64,000 nt of DNA from an uncultured Candidatus Poseidoniales archaeon (GCA_902625885.1 CACODE010000006.1:8729-72728), one strand, 5' to 3'. Positions 27,801 to 36,967 are shown, counted from the stretch's first letter. The notes: generated by a model from the letters alone, not told the origin. Program-made: numbers and translations.

Positions 27801-27925
27801 CCGTCAACCCAGTGCGTGGTGATTTGCACGGTTGGCGAGGCGTTGCCTTGAGCGGAGACGGGCAGGAGAGAACTCAAGAGGAGGGCCGCAAAGCACAGTG
27901 AGGCCAGCCTGCGGCGGTGTATCAT
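24848..27925 (-). CDS. large secreted, C-terminally anchored surface (glyco)protein, S-layer/adhesin candidate
   Basis: 1025 aa. It has a signal peptide (MIHRRRLASLCFAALLLSSLLPVSAQG), well over a dozen N-x-S/T sequons and beta-rich Ig-like C-terminal repeats. A single C-terminal TM (VLIGLGVILFFGAVVVLVQLW) is followed by a short basic tail. Confidence 0.6.
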   Translation of the reverse strand: MIHRRRLASLCFAALLLSSLLPVSAQGNASPTVQITTHWVDGTGAENPHAYLLTFSDNGTYGIDVELLHERNGVALPNTHTVSWDSTDGFRTALLNFNTSLAWGDSVDLTVTITEHNGVSGLEVEASRNFVVGLWNQPMDDHEVLLSTSWALEQDYATEEGNQNFSLAFTGQGWQQRIGETLSSWELGNGTFQTVESTENGTTDLDLVLTQLWKNETVVAGVLTSQIFDARGHGGLRTTVVDGETVTVIDADVSKASLNRSVINGVVGEHLSLEATGSLNISEESGDDSSLNIDGELAVFFFEYTDVDGVRVLQHTQFEAMADFVLIDEDTRLDVSLDGFTSINRWEDGVRTQHLEELYGQGTFGFVGEDDNASVQVNGTILDLHTKLENGTTLIDDLHVDGTITGDVQGDFGVVRGIETTGMQRNATGDEFLVNVIFQESWFNITGISGGNFFDGAGVGATHNQTWDYQAVQSDWDNRTVRLVWRQTGPDASEGEEYPERSPQQRNASVPDTQEGLGNLTVGRENGLMPIPLIKDDRIRLAQQDGIVLNVVAGDTRIDTRDGHNLTVIEWSGTYGSDGETGTATGTMVSVGPLKGLLSSVQRTLAVPFGEDDESVSLAETQTLARVLSPAIVSEDENTAPTIGEVQWRDGLAFGEGGAIAHLEIHVADDEWNIVAVEADLASLGLGLLALNDRGLDGDLVVGDDVFTASVVISGLHAGPATVGVTATDSFGASSSLDATLHVDNLPPRLLEVEAVPGALERGQSIVINVRAYDGHGVAAVHLDLREYGGDVVELTTEDGSLWAGMVTMPNGMTPGEQSLLVVAEDGLGASTQQRYFTPTSVVGDSYFGPHHVNSAAAVDITVRILNDRPTIILEQATVSKKPASTHVYTVQVTDPDGIQRVQIRLGIYAPIGGPTWTNMHDDGVNGGDEVANDGVYTAVLSVREGTPLGTHEIAVRAFDAYGEMNTGDAVVKLVADDSTATVSGGVDSQVLIGLGVILFFGAVVVLVQLWRRNEEGGNDRFGMQ

Positions 27926-27976
27926 GGTGGTATTCCGTAGCCACTCCCCTTCAAGACTTTGGGAAGGTTGTGCCCC

Positions 27977-28936
27977 TCACAGGTCAAGAATGTAGCCAAA
28001 GATGAGCGGCAGGACGATGCTCGCGTCGCTCTGAATGTTGAATTTCGGGGTCGTAGCGTAGAGTTTCCCCCACGTGATTTTTTCGTTCGGAGGCGCCCCC
28101 GAATAACCACCGTAGGAAGCCGTAGCGTCCGTGATTTGACAGAACCAAGACCACAACGGAACGTCGTGTTCGCCCAGGTCTTGATGCAACAACGGCACCA
28201 CGCAAATCGGAAAGTCTCCGGCAATACCACCACCGGCCTGAAGGAAGGCCAGTGGATGCGCTGCGGCTCGATAAAAAGCCATCAGGTCGGTCATGTAGTG
28301 GGTCCCGCCAAGAACGATTCTGGCTTCAAACATGCCTTGCGAACAGCGGGCTGCAAAGATGTTGCCGAGGGTCGAGTCCTCCCACCCTGGGACATAGAGA
28401 GGTAGGTCCTTCTCAGCGGCAGCCAGAAGCCACGAATCCTTCGGATTGCCCTGGTATTGGTCCTCAAAAACGCCCGATAGCAGCAACCGGTAGAGGTAGC
28501 CATGAGGGAGCATCGATTCCCCAGCGTCCTGAGCGGCGGTCCACGCTGTCAACAGGTGGTGTTCTACGGCTCGAATGGCGGCCTCTTCAGGTATGCATAC
28601 GTCCGTCACCCTGTTCAGATTTCTGTCGTGAAGGCTCATCTCGTCTTCCGGTGAAAGGTTGTCTGGGAAAGGGACATGATGGTAGGCGTCGCGAGCGACC
28701 AGCTTGAACAGATCTTCCTCCAGATTCGCACCGGTGCAGGAGATGGCAGCCACATGACCCGCACGAATCATCTCGGACAGCGTGCGACCGATTTCTGCCG
28801 TGCTTAACGCCCCGGCAAGGGTGACAAAAAGTCGCCCGCCCTCGTCAAGAAAGTCAACCAGCGAGTGGGCTGCCCGCTGCAACGTTCCGGCATTAAAATG
28901 GCGAAAATGTTCATCCACAAAACGACGTATTGGCAT
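27977..28936 (-). CDS. dys: deoxyhypusine synthase
   Basis: GGRLFVTLAGALSTAEIG, AISCTGANLEEDLF and the C-terminal ITWGKL block match the deoxyhypusine synthase family. 319 aa. Confidence 0.85.
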   Translation of the reverse strand: MPIRRFVDEHFRHFNAGTLQRAAHSLVDFLDEGGRLFVTLAGALSTAEIGRTLSEMIRAGHVAAISCTGANLEEDLFKLVARDAYHHVPFPDNLSPEDEMSLHDRNLNRVTDVCIPEEAAIRAVEHHLLTAWTAAQDAGESMLPHGYLYRLLLSGVFEDQYQGNPKDSWLLAAAEKDLPLYVPGWEDSTLGNIFAARCSQGMFEARIVLGGTHYMTDLMAFYRAAAHPLAFLQAGGGIAGDFPICVVPLLHQDLGEHDVPLWSWFCQITDATASYGGYSGAPPNEKITWGKLYATTPKFNIQSDASIVLPLIFGYILDL

Positions 28937-28939
28937 CGG

Positions 28940-29326
28940 TCAAACCTCCGAGATGAAGCGTTCCATTCGTTCCTTGCGGACGCACACCAAATCGGGGAAA
29001 CGTTCCATCAACCCGTTGTGGATACGAATAGCGATTTGTTCCGGGTCGGTGTCGCCGCAGGTGAAGCAGTCGATGGCGAGCAGACCGCGGTCAGCGTAGC
29101 AGTGCGCCGTGATATGGCTCTCATCGATGAGCACCACGGCCGCAAATCCGGGTGGGGAAAGGTCCCCGTCAAACGGGGAAAGGTGCGCATGGACCTCTCT
29201 CGCAGGGCTTTGCTCAACCGCCTCTCGCATGAGGGCGAACAGCCACTCACCGGTGATTTGCTCGTCGAAGTATGCCCCTGTGTAGTCCAAGAACACGTGA
29301 GCACCTTGGTTGGATGTTGAAGACAT
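28940..29326 (-). CDS. speH: S-adenosylmethionine decarboxylase proenzyme (pyruvoyl, SpeH type)
   Basis: 128 aa. VVLIDESHITAHCYAD contains the E-S self-cleavage site and matches the ESH.s.HT.PE block. A downstream DCFTCGD block is also present. Confidence 0.8.
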   Translation of the reverse strand: MSSTSNQGAHVFLDYTGAYFDEQITGEWLFALMREAVEQSPAREVHAHLSPFDGDLSPPGFAAVVLIDESHITAHCYADRGLLAIDCFTCGDTDPEQIAIRIHNGLMERFPDLVCVRKERMERFISEV

Positions 29327-29345
29327 GCACTCACCTGATTACCGT

Positions 29346-30371
29346 TCATTCACGCCTGCTCGTGGAAACGGGCGCCGCCTGAAAATCAACGAAATAAGAA
29401 CCAGAAACGGGTACTTCGGTTTCACGTTTGGTTCGGTACCATCGACCCTCTTTTTTGCTCAGCAGGTGGCAGGCCACCGTTTTTGCAGCCAGACAAGCAG
29501 CGGTAAATTCCGTCAACGGTGTGTCGTTTTGTGGCACGATTTCGTTGATGTCTGAACTGATGACAACAGCGTTCGGGTTAGCGAACAGGACCTCAATGGA
29601 TTCAACCACCTGCCAGTAGCTAAGGCCTCCGGGGACAGGCGTGCCCGTTGCCGGCACCAAGGCGCCCTCCAAACCATCAATGTCCAGCGACAAGTGAACG
29701 GGTCCACAAAGGGAACGCAATTCATCCAACCAAACCTCCCATTGTTCTCGACCGGTGTGCGGGTGCTGTGTGTCTTTTGCGAAAAACGTCGATATCCTGC
29801 CGTCGGTGGTTATCCTTTCAAATTCCTCCTGACAGTACGCCCGAACACCTGCCTGAACGACCCGACCGACGCCGACATCAAGGCTACGTGAGGCTGCACA
29901 GGCGTGAGAAAACACCTCACCGTCCAGTGATGAGCGAAGATCGGCGTGAGCATCGATTTGGACAATGGTGAGGCTCTCTAGGTCCCCGCTAACCAGTGGA
30001 TGGAAACGAGCGGCTCGAGCGATTGGCGGCAGTATGCCGTGCTCGCCTCCCAAAAAAAGTGGAAAAACCTCTCCTGAAAAGAATTGAGACGCGTGGGCTT
30101 CCAACTGGTCCAATTGGTCGCGAAGTGTTGGGGCGGAGCCTTCCCAGACCGGCTGAGTGGAAATGACTGAATTGTCGGGCAATTCAGTTCCCAGCAGGTC
30201 ATCGTACAGTTCAACCTGCGCGCTTGCAACCAAACACGCCAAGGGACCGTCCTGCGTACCGCTGCCGTACGAGGTGGTGAGTTCAAATGCAAGAGGCACA
30301 ATCGACACATCGGGAGGGCCGGAGTGAGCGGGCAGGCCCAAGAAGGTGATGATATCAAGGCCCTCATCCAT
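29346..30371 (-). CDS. speB: agmatinase (ureohydrolase/arginase family)
   Basis: The Mn-ligand blocks GGEHGI, VQIDAHADLR and LSLDIDGLE are present. Start moved to ATG 30371, which has a GGGAG SD 5 nt upstream; an alternative ATG is at 30392. Confidence 0.8.
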   Translation of the reverse strand: MDEGLDIITFLGLPAHSGPPDVSIVPLAFELTTSYGSGTQDGPLACLVASAQVELYDDLLGTELPDNSVISTQPVWEGSAPTLRDQLDQLEAHASQFFSGEVFPLFLGGEHGILPPIARAARFHPLVSGDLESLTIVQIDAHADLRSSLDGEVFSHACAASRSLDVGVGRVVQAGVRAYCQEEFERITTDGRISTFFAKDTQHPHTGREQWEVWLDELRSLCGPVHLSLDIDGLEGALVPATGTPVPGGLSYWQVVESIEVLFANPNAVVISSDINEIVPQNDTPLTEFTAACLAAKTVACHLLSKKEGRWYRTKRETEVPVSGSYFVDFQAAPVSTSRRE

Positions 30372-30545
30372 CGTATCTCCCGGATGGCGCATCCTTCATC
30401 ATCCTGCCGATACAACTGCCCCCGATTTCAAGCCTCAAATGGATGATTTCATGAAAAAGGATGCAACACTTAATATGGGTTGGTGACCAATAATTAATGT
30501 CAACGGGGAAGGAAATAACCCGCCTTTCCCACCGGAGGCACCAAC

Positions 30546-30965
30546 ATGGGCATGACACTCGCAGAACTCACCAAAGCCATTCAACAGCACATCGATCTCG
30601 ACATGGATGCTGAGGTTGCGCAAGGAATGGCTGAACACGCCCTCGGGTTTTTCGGATTCTACAATCGCATCATTGACAACGCCCTTGAACCAACGGACAG
30701 GAACTTGTTTTACATGTTTCAAGACTACGATTTGCTGACCACAGAGTCCGAGGAAACCACCCTTTGGGACGGTCGCGAATGGCGCATCCACTATTGGAAG
30801 TTCAAGCCCGACCTCAGAGAGCGCGTGGAAGCTTACATGCAGAGAAACCTCCAGGAGGAGGAAATCGATCCTTTTGCCGACATTTACGCATCGGACGGGC
30901 CCAGCATCTGGACTCGCGAAGGCGAGAAAGTGGCCAACCCCAACGCCTTCACCTCCGATTGGTGA
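30546..30965 (+). CDS. hypothetical acidic cytoplasmic protein (139 aa)
   Basis: ATG 30546 with a GGAGG SD 7 nt upstream, and AT-rich TATA-like patches upstream. No TM and no recognised family. It ends in ...NAFTSDW. Confidence 0.5.
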   Translation: MGMTLAELTKAIQQHIDLDMDAEVAQGMAEHALGFFGFYNRIIDNALEPTDRNLFYMFQDYDLLTTESEETTLWDGREWRIHYWKFKPDLRERVEAYMQRNLQEEEIDPFADIYASDGPSIWTREGEKVANPNAFTSDW

Positions 30966-31012
30966 TGCCAAGGCATGCAAGCGTTTTTGATTCGCAGCGT
31001 TGAGGCCCCGGT

Positions 31013-32383
31013 ATGCGAGTTGCCGTTGCTTTGGTCGTTTGCATGCTGCTGGCGGCTGTTCCATCAGCTGCGGCCCAATACGACCCCAGTCAAACCCCTA
31101 TGTGGCCTGGCGAACCCATTGACAATCATGTTCACATGACGTGGGCGGCTTTGACCATGGAAGTGAACGATTGGGCCGATGAAAATCCTGACATCGTCGA
31201 CTTGACCAGCGCCGGAAAATCTGAACTCGGCAGGGACCTCTGGGTGGTTCGCCTTTCCGACTGGTCCATGGACACCAAACCCAACGGCTCCGCCAAGGAA
31301 ATCATCTACATCGATGGCGGCCATCACGGCAACGAGTACCTTGGAACGGCGCTGGCATGGCTGTCTGCAAAGTGGTACATCAACGGCTGGAACGACGGCA
31401 ACGAGGAGGCCGTTCGTGCGCTGCAGAACTCCGAAATTCATGTCCTGATCATGCTCAACCCGGACGGCAACGACATTGACACGCGCTGGAACATCAATCA
31501 AGTTGACCTGAACCGTAATTACGACCACTACTGGAACACCTGCCCGACGACGCAGCCCGGCAGCGCCGCCTTTAGCGAATCAGAAACCGAAGCAAACGCT
31601 GCATACATCAACGCTCATGTAACCGATGCCGACCTCTACGTGACCATGCACACCGGCGTGTGGATCATCCTCTACCCTTGGGGAAAGTGGCCCGAACAGC
31701 CGCCGGACTGGGAATTGTTCTGGTCCATCCGAGACACGGTCAACGAAGACATCTCCGAAATCCCCATTCAAAACGCAAACCAAGGCCTCTACCCCAATTG
31801 CGGAACGAGCAGGGACTACGGGTACGGCATCATGGGCTTCCCTACCTTCACGTTTGAAACGGATGACGAGCAGTTTGTACCCGGCACGTTTGAGGACGTT
31901 AACGACCGCCTTGCCGAGGAGATGGACGTCATGCGGTACCTCATCGAGAACGTCTGGCATTGGCGCGCCCGACTGGTTGTCGAATCGGTTTCCATCGAGG
32001 AAGGTGAGCTCACCCTCGACATCACCAACCACGGCCAAGCCTCAACGGCAAATGCGAGCCTGGAATACCACAGCGAAACAAACGAAGTGCTGTGGTCATC
32101 CCCGCTCTTTGGCGTCAACGCAACCAACCATTCGGTGGTGTCCTTCCCGTTTGAACAGAGCGTGTTGAAATCGACCGGAACATGGAACCTCAACTACCAA
32201 AAGCGTGTCATCAACGCTGCAACATGGGTCAACGAATCCGTGGACGAAAACACGAGCGTCACCGTGGTAGAGGCAGACGATCGCATGCTCACAGGGGCTG
32301 GATTGTTCAACCCGGTTTCGGTGATCATCGGCATGATTGGGGTAGCTCTTTTGACCAGAAGAGAAACCTCGCCAGAGGCCTAG
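31013..32383 (+). CDS. M14-family zinc carboxypeptidase, secreted and C-terminally anchored
   Basis: It has a signal peptide (MRVAVALVVCMLLAAVPSAAA), the zinc motif IDGGHHGNEYLG (HxxE), NPDGND and LNRNY blocks, and a C-terminal TM (VSVIIGMIGVALL). Confidence 0.8.
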   Translation: MRVAVALVVCMLLAAVPSAAAQYDPSQTPMWPGEPIDNHVHMTWAALTMEVNDWADENPDIVDLTSAGKSELGRDLWVVRLSDWSMDTKPNGSAKEIIYIDGGHHGNEYLGTALAWLSAKWYINGWNDGNEEAVRALQNSEIHVLIMLNPDGNDIDTRWNINQVDLNRNYDHYWNTCPTTQPGSAAFSESETEANAAYINAHVTDADLYVTMHTGVWIILYPWGKWPEQPPDWELFWSIRDTVNEDISEIPIQNANQGLYPNCGTSRDYGYGIMGFPTFTFETDDEQFVPGTFEDVNDRLAEEMDVMRYLIENVWHWRARLVVESVSIEEGELTLDITNHGQASTANASLEYHSETNEVLWSSPLFGVNATNHSVVSFPFEQSVLKSTGTWNLNYQKRVINAATWVNESVDENTSVTVVEADDRMLTGAGLFNPVSVIIGMIGVALLTRRETSPEA

Positions 32384-32445
32384 AGTGCGGCTACTGCAGT
32401 CTCAAGTTTACATACATTGAAGTGATTCCAAGGACTGGGGAGAAC

Positions 32446-32598
32446 ATGAACCGGAGAACGAGCCGAAACCAACGCAAGGTCCGAGTGCCCAAGCGGTCAA
32501 AGAAACCGGTGAAAACCAAGGAAAAGCCGGTTGAAGTCGTCGCAAAACAAGAGGTTGACGACTCTTGCAACATCACTGGCTGTGGCTGTGGAAACTAG
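32446..32598 (+). CDS. candidate small basic peptide with Cys-rich C-terminus (50 aa)
   Basis: MNRRTSRNQRKVRVPKRSKKPVKTKEKPVEVVAKQEVDDSCNITGCGCGN. The ATG at 32446 is preceded by GGGGAG (3-nt spacer) and by a TATA-like TTTACATAC about 30 nt upstream. A 9-bp-stem hairpin follows. There is no homology support, so this is speculative. Confidence 0.3.
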   Translation: MNRRTSRNQRKVRVPKRSKKPVKTKEKPVEVVAKQEVDDSCNITGCGCGN

Positions 32599-32643
32599 GA
32601 AACCCGCACCGGGGTATGTCGACCTCGCGACGCTCGGGTTTCC
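32598..32643 (+). other. perfect 9-bp inverted repeat (hairpin) immediately after the small ORF
   Basis: GGAAACCCG (32598-32606) pairs with CGGGTTTCC (32635-32643). The 28-nt loop itself contains a GTCGAC palindrome. No T-run follows on the plus strand, so terminator function is uncertain. Confidence 0.3.
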
Positions 32644-32724
32644 GTGAAAAAAGGCTGATAACAAGCAGATGGCGGACTGCGAGGGTTGAAGTGGTGGAAA
32701 TAGTTGGAGATGCTTGGTGAAACC

Positions 32725-34212
32725 ATGCAAGTGACCATCAGTTCAGGAAACAACATCAACGGAACCCTCATTCTCCCCCTTTTTGAGGGTGGAGAAGCCC
32801 TCCCAGAAATCGTTGAGGGAATACCAACTGCCCTCAAGAGCCAAATCAATCGCGTTTTGGCCGATGGTGATTTCAAAGCAAAAGCCAACGCCACAATGAC
32901 CCTCGCTGGCACCGAGGGCGGCAAGGCCATGCTCGTTGGCCTCGGTAAGGCCGGGAAGGCCGACACTCACGCCTACAGAGAAGCCGGCGCGACCGTTGTG
33001 GCCTCGTGCAAAAAAGTTCACGGCAACGAGTTGACCGTTGTCTTCCACAACACCGACGTGCCGTGCATGACCTCGTTTGCGGAAGGCATGATGCTTCGAG
33101 ATTACAGCTACGACCTCTACAAAAAGAAAGACGAGGACGAAACCAACCTCGCCGCTCGAATCAACTGCAGCGAAGGCGACGCAACCGCCCTGTCGGCCGC
33201 CATCGACCGTGCAGCATCCATCGCCAGCGGCGTCCACCTCTCTCGAGACTTGGGGAACTGCCCACCAAACGACATGTACCCGATGGCGTTTGCCGAAAAG
33301 GCGGAACAATGGGCAAAACAATACGACAATGCGAAAGTCGAAGTCATTGACTACGAAGCTGCAAAGCGCCACGGCATGGGCGGCTTGGTGGCCGTGGGTA
33401 TGGGCTCCTCCCGCAAACCGTGCATGGTCATTTTCACACTCAACGGCGACCAGAAGGGACAACACCCCATGCTGGTTGGCAAGGGCATCACGTTCGACAC
33501 CGGCGGTATTTCCCTCAAGCCCGGCGCAGGCATGGACGAGATGAAGTACGACATGGGCGGTTCCGCCACCGTTTTCGGTACCATGGAAGCGCTCGCCTCA
33601 AGCGGCTATGCCGGAAAGGTCGTCGCCATCACCTGCATGGCTGAAAACATGCCAGCGGCCAACGCCCAACGACCAGGCGACGTGATCACAACCCTTTCTG
33701 GAAAAACCATTGAGGTCCTCAACACGGACGCTGAAGGACGACTGGTCCTGTCGGACGGCTTGTGGAAGGCCGGAACCGACTACGACCCAGAATACATTGT
33801 GGATTTCGCCACCCTTACCGGTGCCTGCGTCGTTGCTCTGGGCCACGAAGCCACCGGCCTGTGGTCCAACGACGATGATTTCCGAACGCGAATTCACGAA
33901 GCCGGTAACGATGTCGGTGAGCTCGCTTGGCCCATGCCACTGCTTCCTGCCTTCGAAAAGGAGATGACCGACTCAAAAATCGCCGATACCCGAAACCTCG
34001 GTGCAGGTCGGTGGGGAGGCGCCAACACAGCGGCGGCCTTCCTCAAGCAGTTCGTGCCCAACCGCAGCGACGACGAAGATGCCGAGCAAATCACCTGGGC
34101 CCACATGGACATCGCCGGAACGTACTGGGGTGCAAAGTCCAACAAGATGGTGGGTCATGGAGCCACAGGCATCCACGTGCGCACGATGGTTCGTTTGATC
34201 ACAGGCGAGTAA
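32725..34212 (+). CDS. pepA: leucyl aminopeptidase (M17 family)
   Basis: VGKGITFDTGGISLKP and NTDAEGRLVLSD are the M17 catalytic-domain signatures. Start moved to ATG 32725 (MQVTISSG...). Confidence 0.85.
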   Translation: MQVTISSGNNINGTLILPLFEGGEALPEIVEGIPTALKSQINRVLADGDFKAKANATMTLAGTEGGKAMLVGLGKAGKADTHAYREAGATVVASCKKVHGNELTVVFHNTDVPCMTSFAEGMMLRDYSYDLYKKKDEDETNLAARINCSEGDATALSAAIDRAASIASGVHLSRDLGNCPPNDMYPMAFAEKAEQWAKQYDNAKVEVIDYEAAKRHGMGGLVAVGMGSSRKPCMVIFTLNGDQKGQHPMLVGKGITFDTGGISLKPGAGMDEMKYDMGGSATVFGTMEALASSGYAGKVVAITCMAENMPAANAQRPGDVITTLSGKTIEVLNTDAEGRLVLSDGLWKAGTDYDPEYIVDFATLTGACVVALGHEATGLWSNDDDFRTRIHEAGNDVGELAWPMPLLPAFEKEMTDSKIADTRNLGAGRWGGANTAAAFLKQFVPNRSDDEDAEQITWAHMDIAGTYWGAKSNKMVGHGATGIHVRTMVRLITGE

Positions 34213-34328
34213 GCCCACAACCACAGCGGCCGACAGCGACCCGGAGGCGGTACGCGTCCAGCCTGCCACGCTGATTGAAACCGAGAAGGCGAATCGCTTC
34301 GTACACCGGCACTTTTGATTAGATTTAT

Positions 34329-35069
34329 ATGGGGTTGCGCTTTGGCAACTACATAACCGATGGTTTAGTAGTGGTGGAAAGTTTGGCCGACGACTGGGAA
34401 GATGAGCTGCTCAACAGACTGGAAGAGATGTTGCGAAACATGGGCATGCCCATCAATCGGGAACAACTCAAAGGCTTCATGAATCAGTTCAAAGATCAGT
34501 TTGATGCCTTGGGCATCAACCCTGAAAAAATTGCGAAGGGCGAGGTCAACTTCAACTTCGACATCTCCGATATTTCGAAAATGTTCAACGCTGGAACGTC
34601 CATTGAGGACCTGTTCAAGAACCTCGGCATGGACATAAAGGTGGATGCAGCGCCCGTTGAAATCGACCCCTCGGCGCTTGAGGCGAACGATGACGAGACC
34701 CTCAAACTCCCTGCCGAAGACATCTATCTTGACGGTTGGAACATGTCCGTCACGCTGGATTTCGCGCTCAAGGGCGACATTGAATCCGAGCAACTCGAAA
34801 TTGAACTCGTGAAAAACGGTTCCCAGATTGAAATCATGCGGACGACGCAACCCAAGCCGTTAGCACTGGTGGAGCTCCCCCACCCTTGCGACGACGTGGT
34901 TGACTGGACGCTCAACAACGGCATTCTCGACATCACCCTGAAACTGACGCCGCAAGGCAAGGCGTTGGAAACAGACGATGACGACAATCTCCCTGCCCCC
35001 GGGGAGGTCAGCATTGACCTCGGAGACGAGGACGATGATGAGGACGACGGTGGCATCCCCATCTTTTGA
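34329..35069 (+). CDS. acidic Hsp20/alpha-crystallin-like protein (tentative)
   Basis: The C-terminal half ([33 protein letters not shown]...[15 protein letters not shown]) resembles an alpha-crystallin/CS beta-sandwich, and the protein ends in an I-P-I type motif (DDGGIPIF). The start is uncertain because a TATA-like GATTTATAT overlaps the ATG at 34329. It lies 15 nt upstream of dnaK. Confidence 0.4.
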   Translation: MGLRFGNYITDGLVVVESLADDWEDELLNRLEEMLRNMGMPINREQLKGFMNQFKDQFDALGINPEKIAKGEVNFNFDISDISKMFNAGTSIEDLFKNLGMDIKVDAAPVEIDPSALEANDDETLKLPAEDIYLDGWNMSVTLDFALKGDIESEQLEIELVKNGSQIEIMRTTQPKPLALVELPHPCDDVVDWTLNNGILDITLKLTPQGKALETDDDDNLPAPGEVSIDLGDEDDDEDDGGIPIF

Positions 35070-35083
35070 AGGAAGTGAACACA

Positions 35084-36967
35084 ATGAGCAAAGTGATTGG
35101 AATTGACCTAGGAACAACAAACAGCTGCGTAGCCACCATTGAAAATGGCGAACCGGTTGTCATACCGAACGCAGAAGGCGCACGCACCACACCCTCTGTG
35201 GTGGCGTTTGCGAAGGACGGCGGCGAACGCCTCATCGGTGTCACAGCAAAACGGCAAGCGGTGACGAACGCCGACCGCACGATGATCTCGGTCAAACGGC
35301 ACATGGGCACCAAGTGGACCACCGATGTTGACGACACCTCCTACACACCGCAGGAAGTCTCGGCCTTCATCCTCCAGAAGTTGAAGGCTGATGCTGAAGC
35401 CTACCTCGGCCACGAAGTAAAGCAGGCGGTCATCACCTGCCCTGCTTATTTCACGGACGCCCAGCGAAAAGCGACCAAAGATGCGGGACGAATCGCCGGT
35501 CTTGAGGTGCTCCGCATCATCAACGAACCAACGGCTGCAGCCTTGGCTTATGGCGTTGACAAGACACAAGATCAGACCATTCTCGTCTACGACCTGGGCG
35601 GTGGAACGTTTGACGTATCCGTGCTGGAGATCTACGAAGTGGACGGCCAGCCCCAAATTGAAGTGAAAGCCACGGCCGGTAACAACAAACTTGGTGGTGA
35701 CGACTTCGACGAGAAAGTCATCAAGTGGATGGTTGCTGAATTCAAAAAGGACACGGGCATCGACCTCTCGAAAGACAAGCAGGCCATGTCCCGTCTGAAG
35801 GAAGCGGCCGAGAAAGCCAAAATCGAACTGTCGGGAACCCAGCAAACGCAGGTCAACCTCCCGTTCATCTCCATGGCTGATGGGCAACCGGTCCACATGG
35901 ACTTGTCCCTTTCCCGCGCCAAGTTTGAGGACCTCATCGCTAAACTCATTGAGAAAACAATGGTGCCTACCCGTCAGGCCATGAAAGATGCGGGATTGAA
36001 GAAAGGCGATGTTGACAAGGTCATCCTCGTCGGTGGCTCGACTCGCGTGCCTGCGGTTCAAGACGCCGTCGAAAAGGAGGCCGGGAAGCCGCCATACAAA
36101 GGCATCAACCCCGATGAAGCGGTCGCCATGGGCGCCGCTCTCCAAGCAGGCATCATCGCTGGAGACGAGGGCGTCTCCGATGTGTTGCTGCTCGACGTCA
36201 CGCCGCTCACCCTCGGTATCGAGACCCTAGGCGGAGTGATGACCACCATGATCGAGCGAAACACCACCATCCCCGCTCGACGCTCGGAAATTTACTCAAC
36301 GGCTTCTGACAATCAGCCAGCCGTGGAAATTCACGTGCTGCAGGGCGAGCGAGAATTCGCTAAAGACAACGTGACGTTGGGCCAATTCCAGCTCGTTGGC
36401 ATCCCACCAGCACCCCGCGGCGTTCCACAAATTGAAGTCACCTTCGACATCGATGCCAACGGCATCGTCGACGTGAGCGCAAAGGATATGGGCACCGGAA
36501 AAGAGCAGTCCATCAAGATTGAATCGGCCACCTCCCTGAGCGAAGATGAAATCCAAGCAAAGATTTCGGAAGCAGAGAAGTTTGCAGAAGAGGACCAGCG
36601 ACGAAAGGCCAAGGTTGAGATGCGCAACATGGCCGATCAGGTTGTCTACCAAACCCGCAGAACGCTCGAAGAGTCGGCCGACAAACTCGACGACAGCGAT
36701 GTTGACCCCGTCAAATCGCACCTTGACGAACTCGAGAAGATGGTCCAAGACGATGACGGTAAACCGATCGACATCGATTCCATGGACGATGCAGCCATCC
36801 AAGCGAAAGTCAAAGAAATCGAGGAAGCCATGCACGCAGTCTCAACCAAACTCTACGAAGCTGCGGCTGCCGAGATGGCTCAGCAAGAGAGCGGAGAAGA
36901 CGGTGACATCAACGTTGAAGACGGCGTTGTGGATGCTGACTTTGAAGTGGTTGAGGACGAAGACTGA
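35084..36967 (+). CDS. dnaK: molecular chaperone DnaK (Hsp70)
   Basis: [26 protein letters not shown] and [14 protein letters not shown] are the three Hsp70 signatures. It ends in an acidic tail. Start at ATG 35084 ([10 protein letters not shown]). Confidence 0.95.
   Translation: MSKVIGIDLGTTNSCVATIENGEPVVIPNAEGARTTPSVVAFAKDGGERLIGVTAKRQAVTNADRTMISVKRHMGTKWTTDVDDTSYTPQEVSAFILQKLKADAEAYLGHEVKQAVITCPAYFTDAQRKATKDAGRIAGLEVLRIINEPTAAALAYGVDKTQDQTILVYDLGGGTFDVSVLEIYEVDGQPQIEVKATAGNNKLGGDDFDEKVIKWMVAEFKKDTGIDLSKDKQAMSRLKEAAEKAKIELSGTQQTQVNLPFISMADGQPVHMDLSLSRAKFEDLIAKLIEKTMVPTRQAMKDAGLKKGDVDKVILVGGSTRVPAVQDAVEKEAGKPPYKGINPDEAVAMGAALQAGIIAGDEGVSDVLLLDVTPLTLGIETLGGVMTTMIERNTTIPARRSEIYSTASDNQPAVEIHVLQGEREFAKDNVTLGQFQLVGIPPAPRGVPQIEVTFDIDANGIVDVSAKDMGTGKEQSIKIESATSLSEDEIQAKISEAEKFAEEDQRRKAKVEMRNMADQVVYQTRRTLEESADKLDDSDVDPVKSHLDELEKMVQDDDGKPIDIDSMDDAAIQAKVKEIEEAMHAVSTKLYEAAAAEMAQQESGEDGDINVEDGVVDADFEVVEDED

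Noticed and set aside
24695-27925. tRNA-Gly as an integration site for a mobile element or genomic island
   Set aside because: There is no integrase, no transposase and no visible direct repeat of the tRNA 3' end nearby. The flanking genes (Alba, surface protein, dys) look chromosomal.
32182-32445. The upstream two-thirds of the 138-aa ORF 32182-32598
   Set aside because: This part overlaps the 3' end of the carboxypeptidase gene in another frame and translates to an R/H/G-rich low-complexity sequence. Only the terminal 50 codons, from ATG 32446, have start-site context.
34329-35069. The gene upstream of dnaK as grpE
   Set aside because: The position suggests GrpE, but the sequence lacks the GrpE long-helix and C-terminal beta-domain pattern. 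It looks more like an acidic alpha-crystallin/CS-type protein, so it is called only tentatively.
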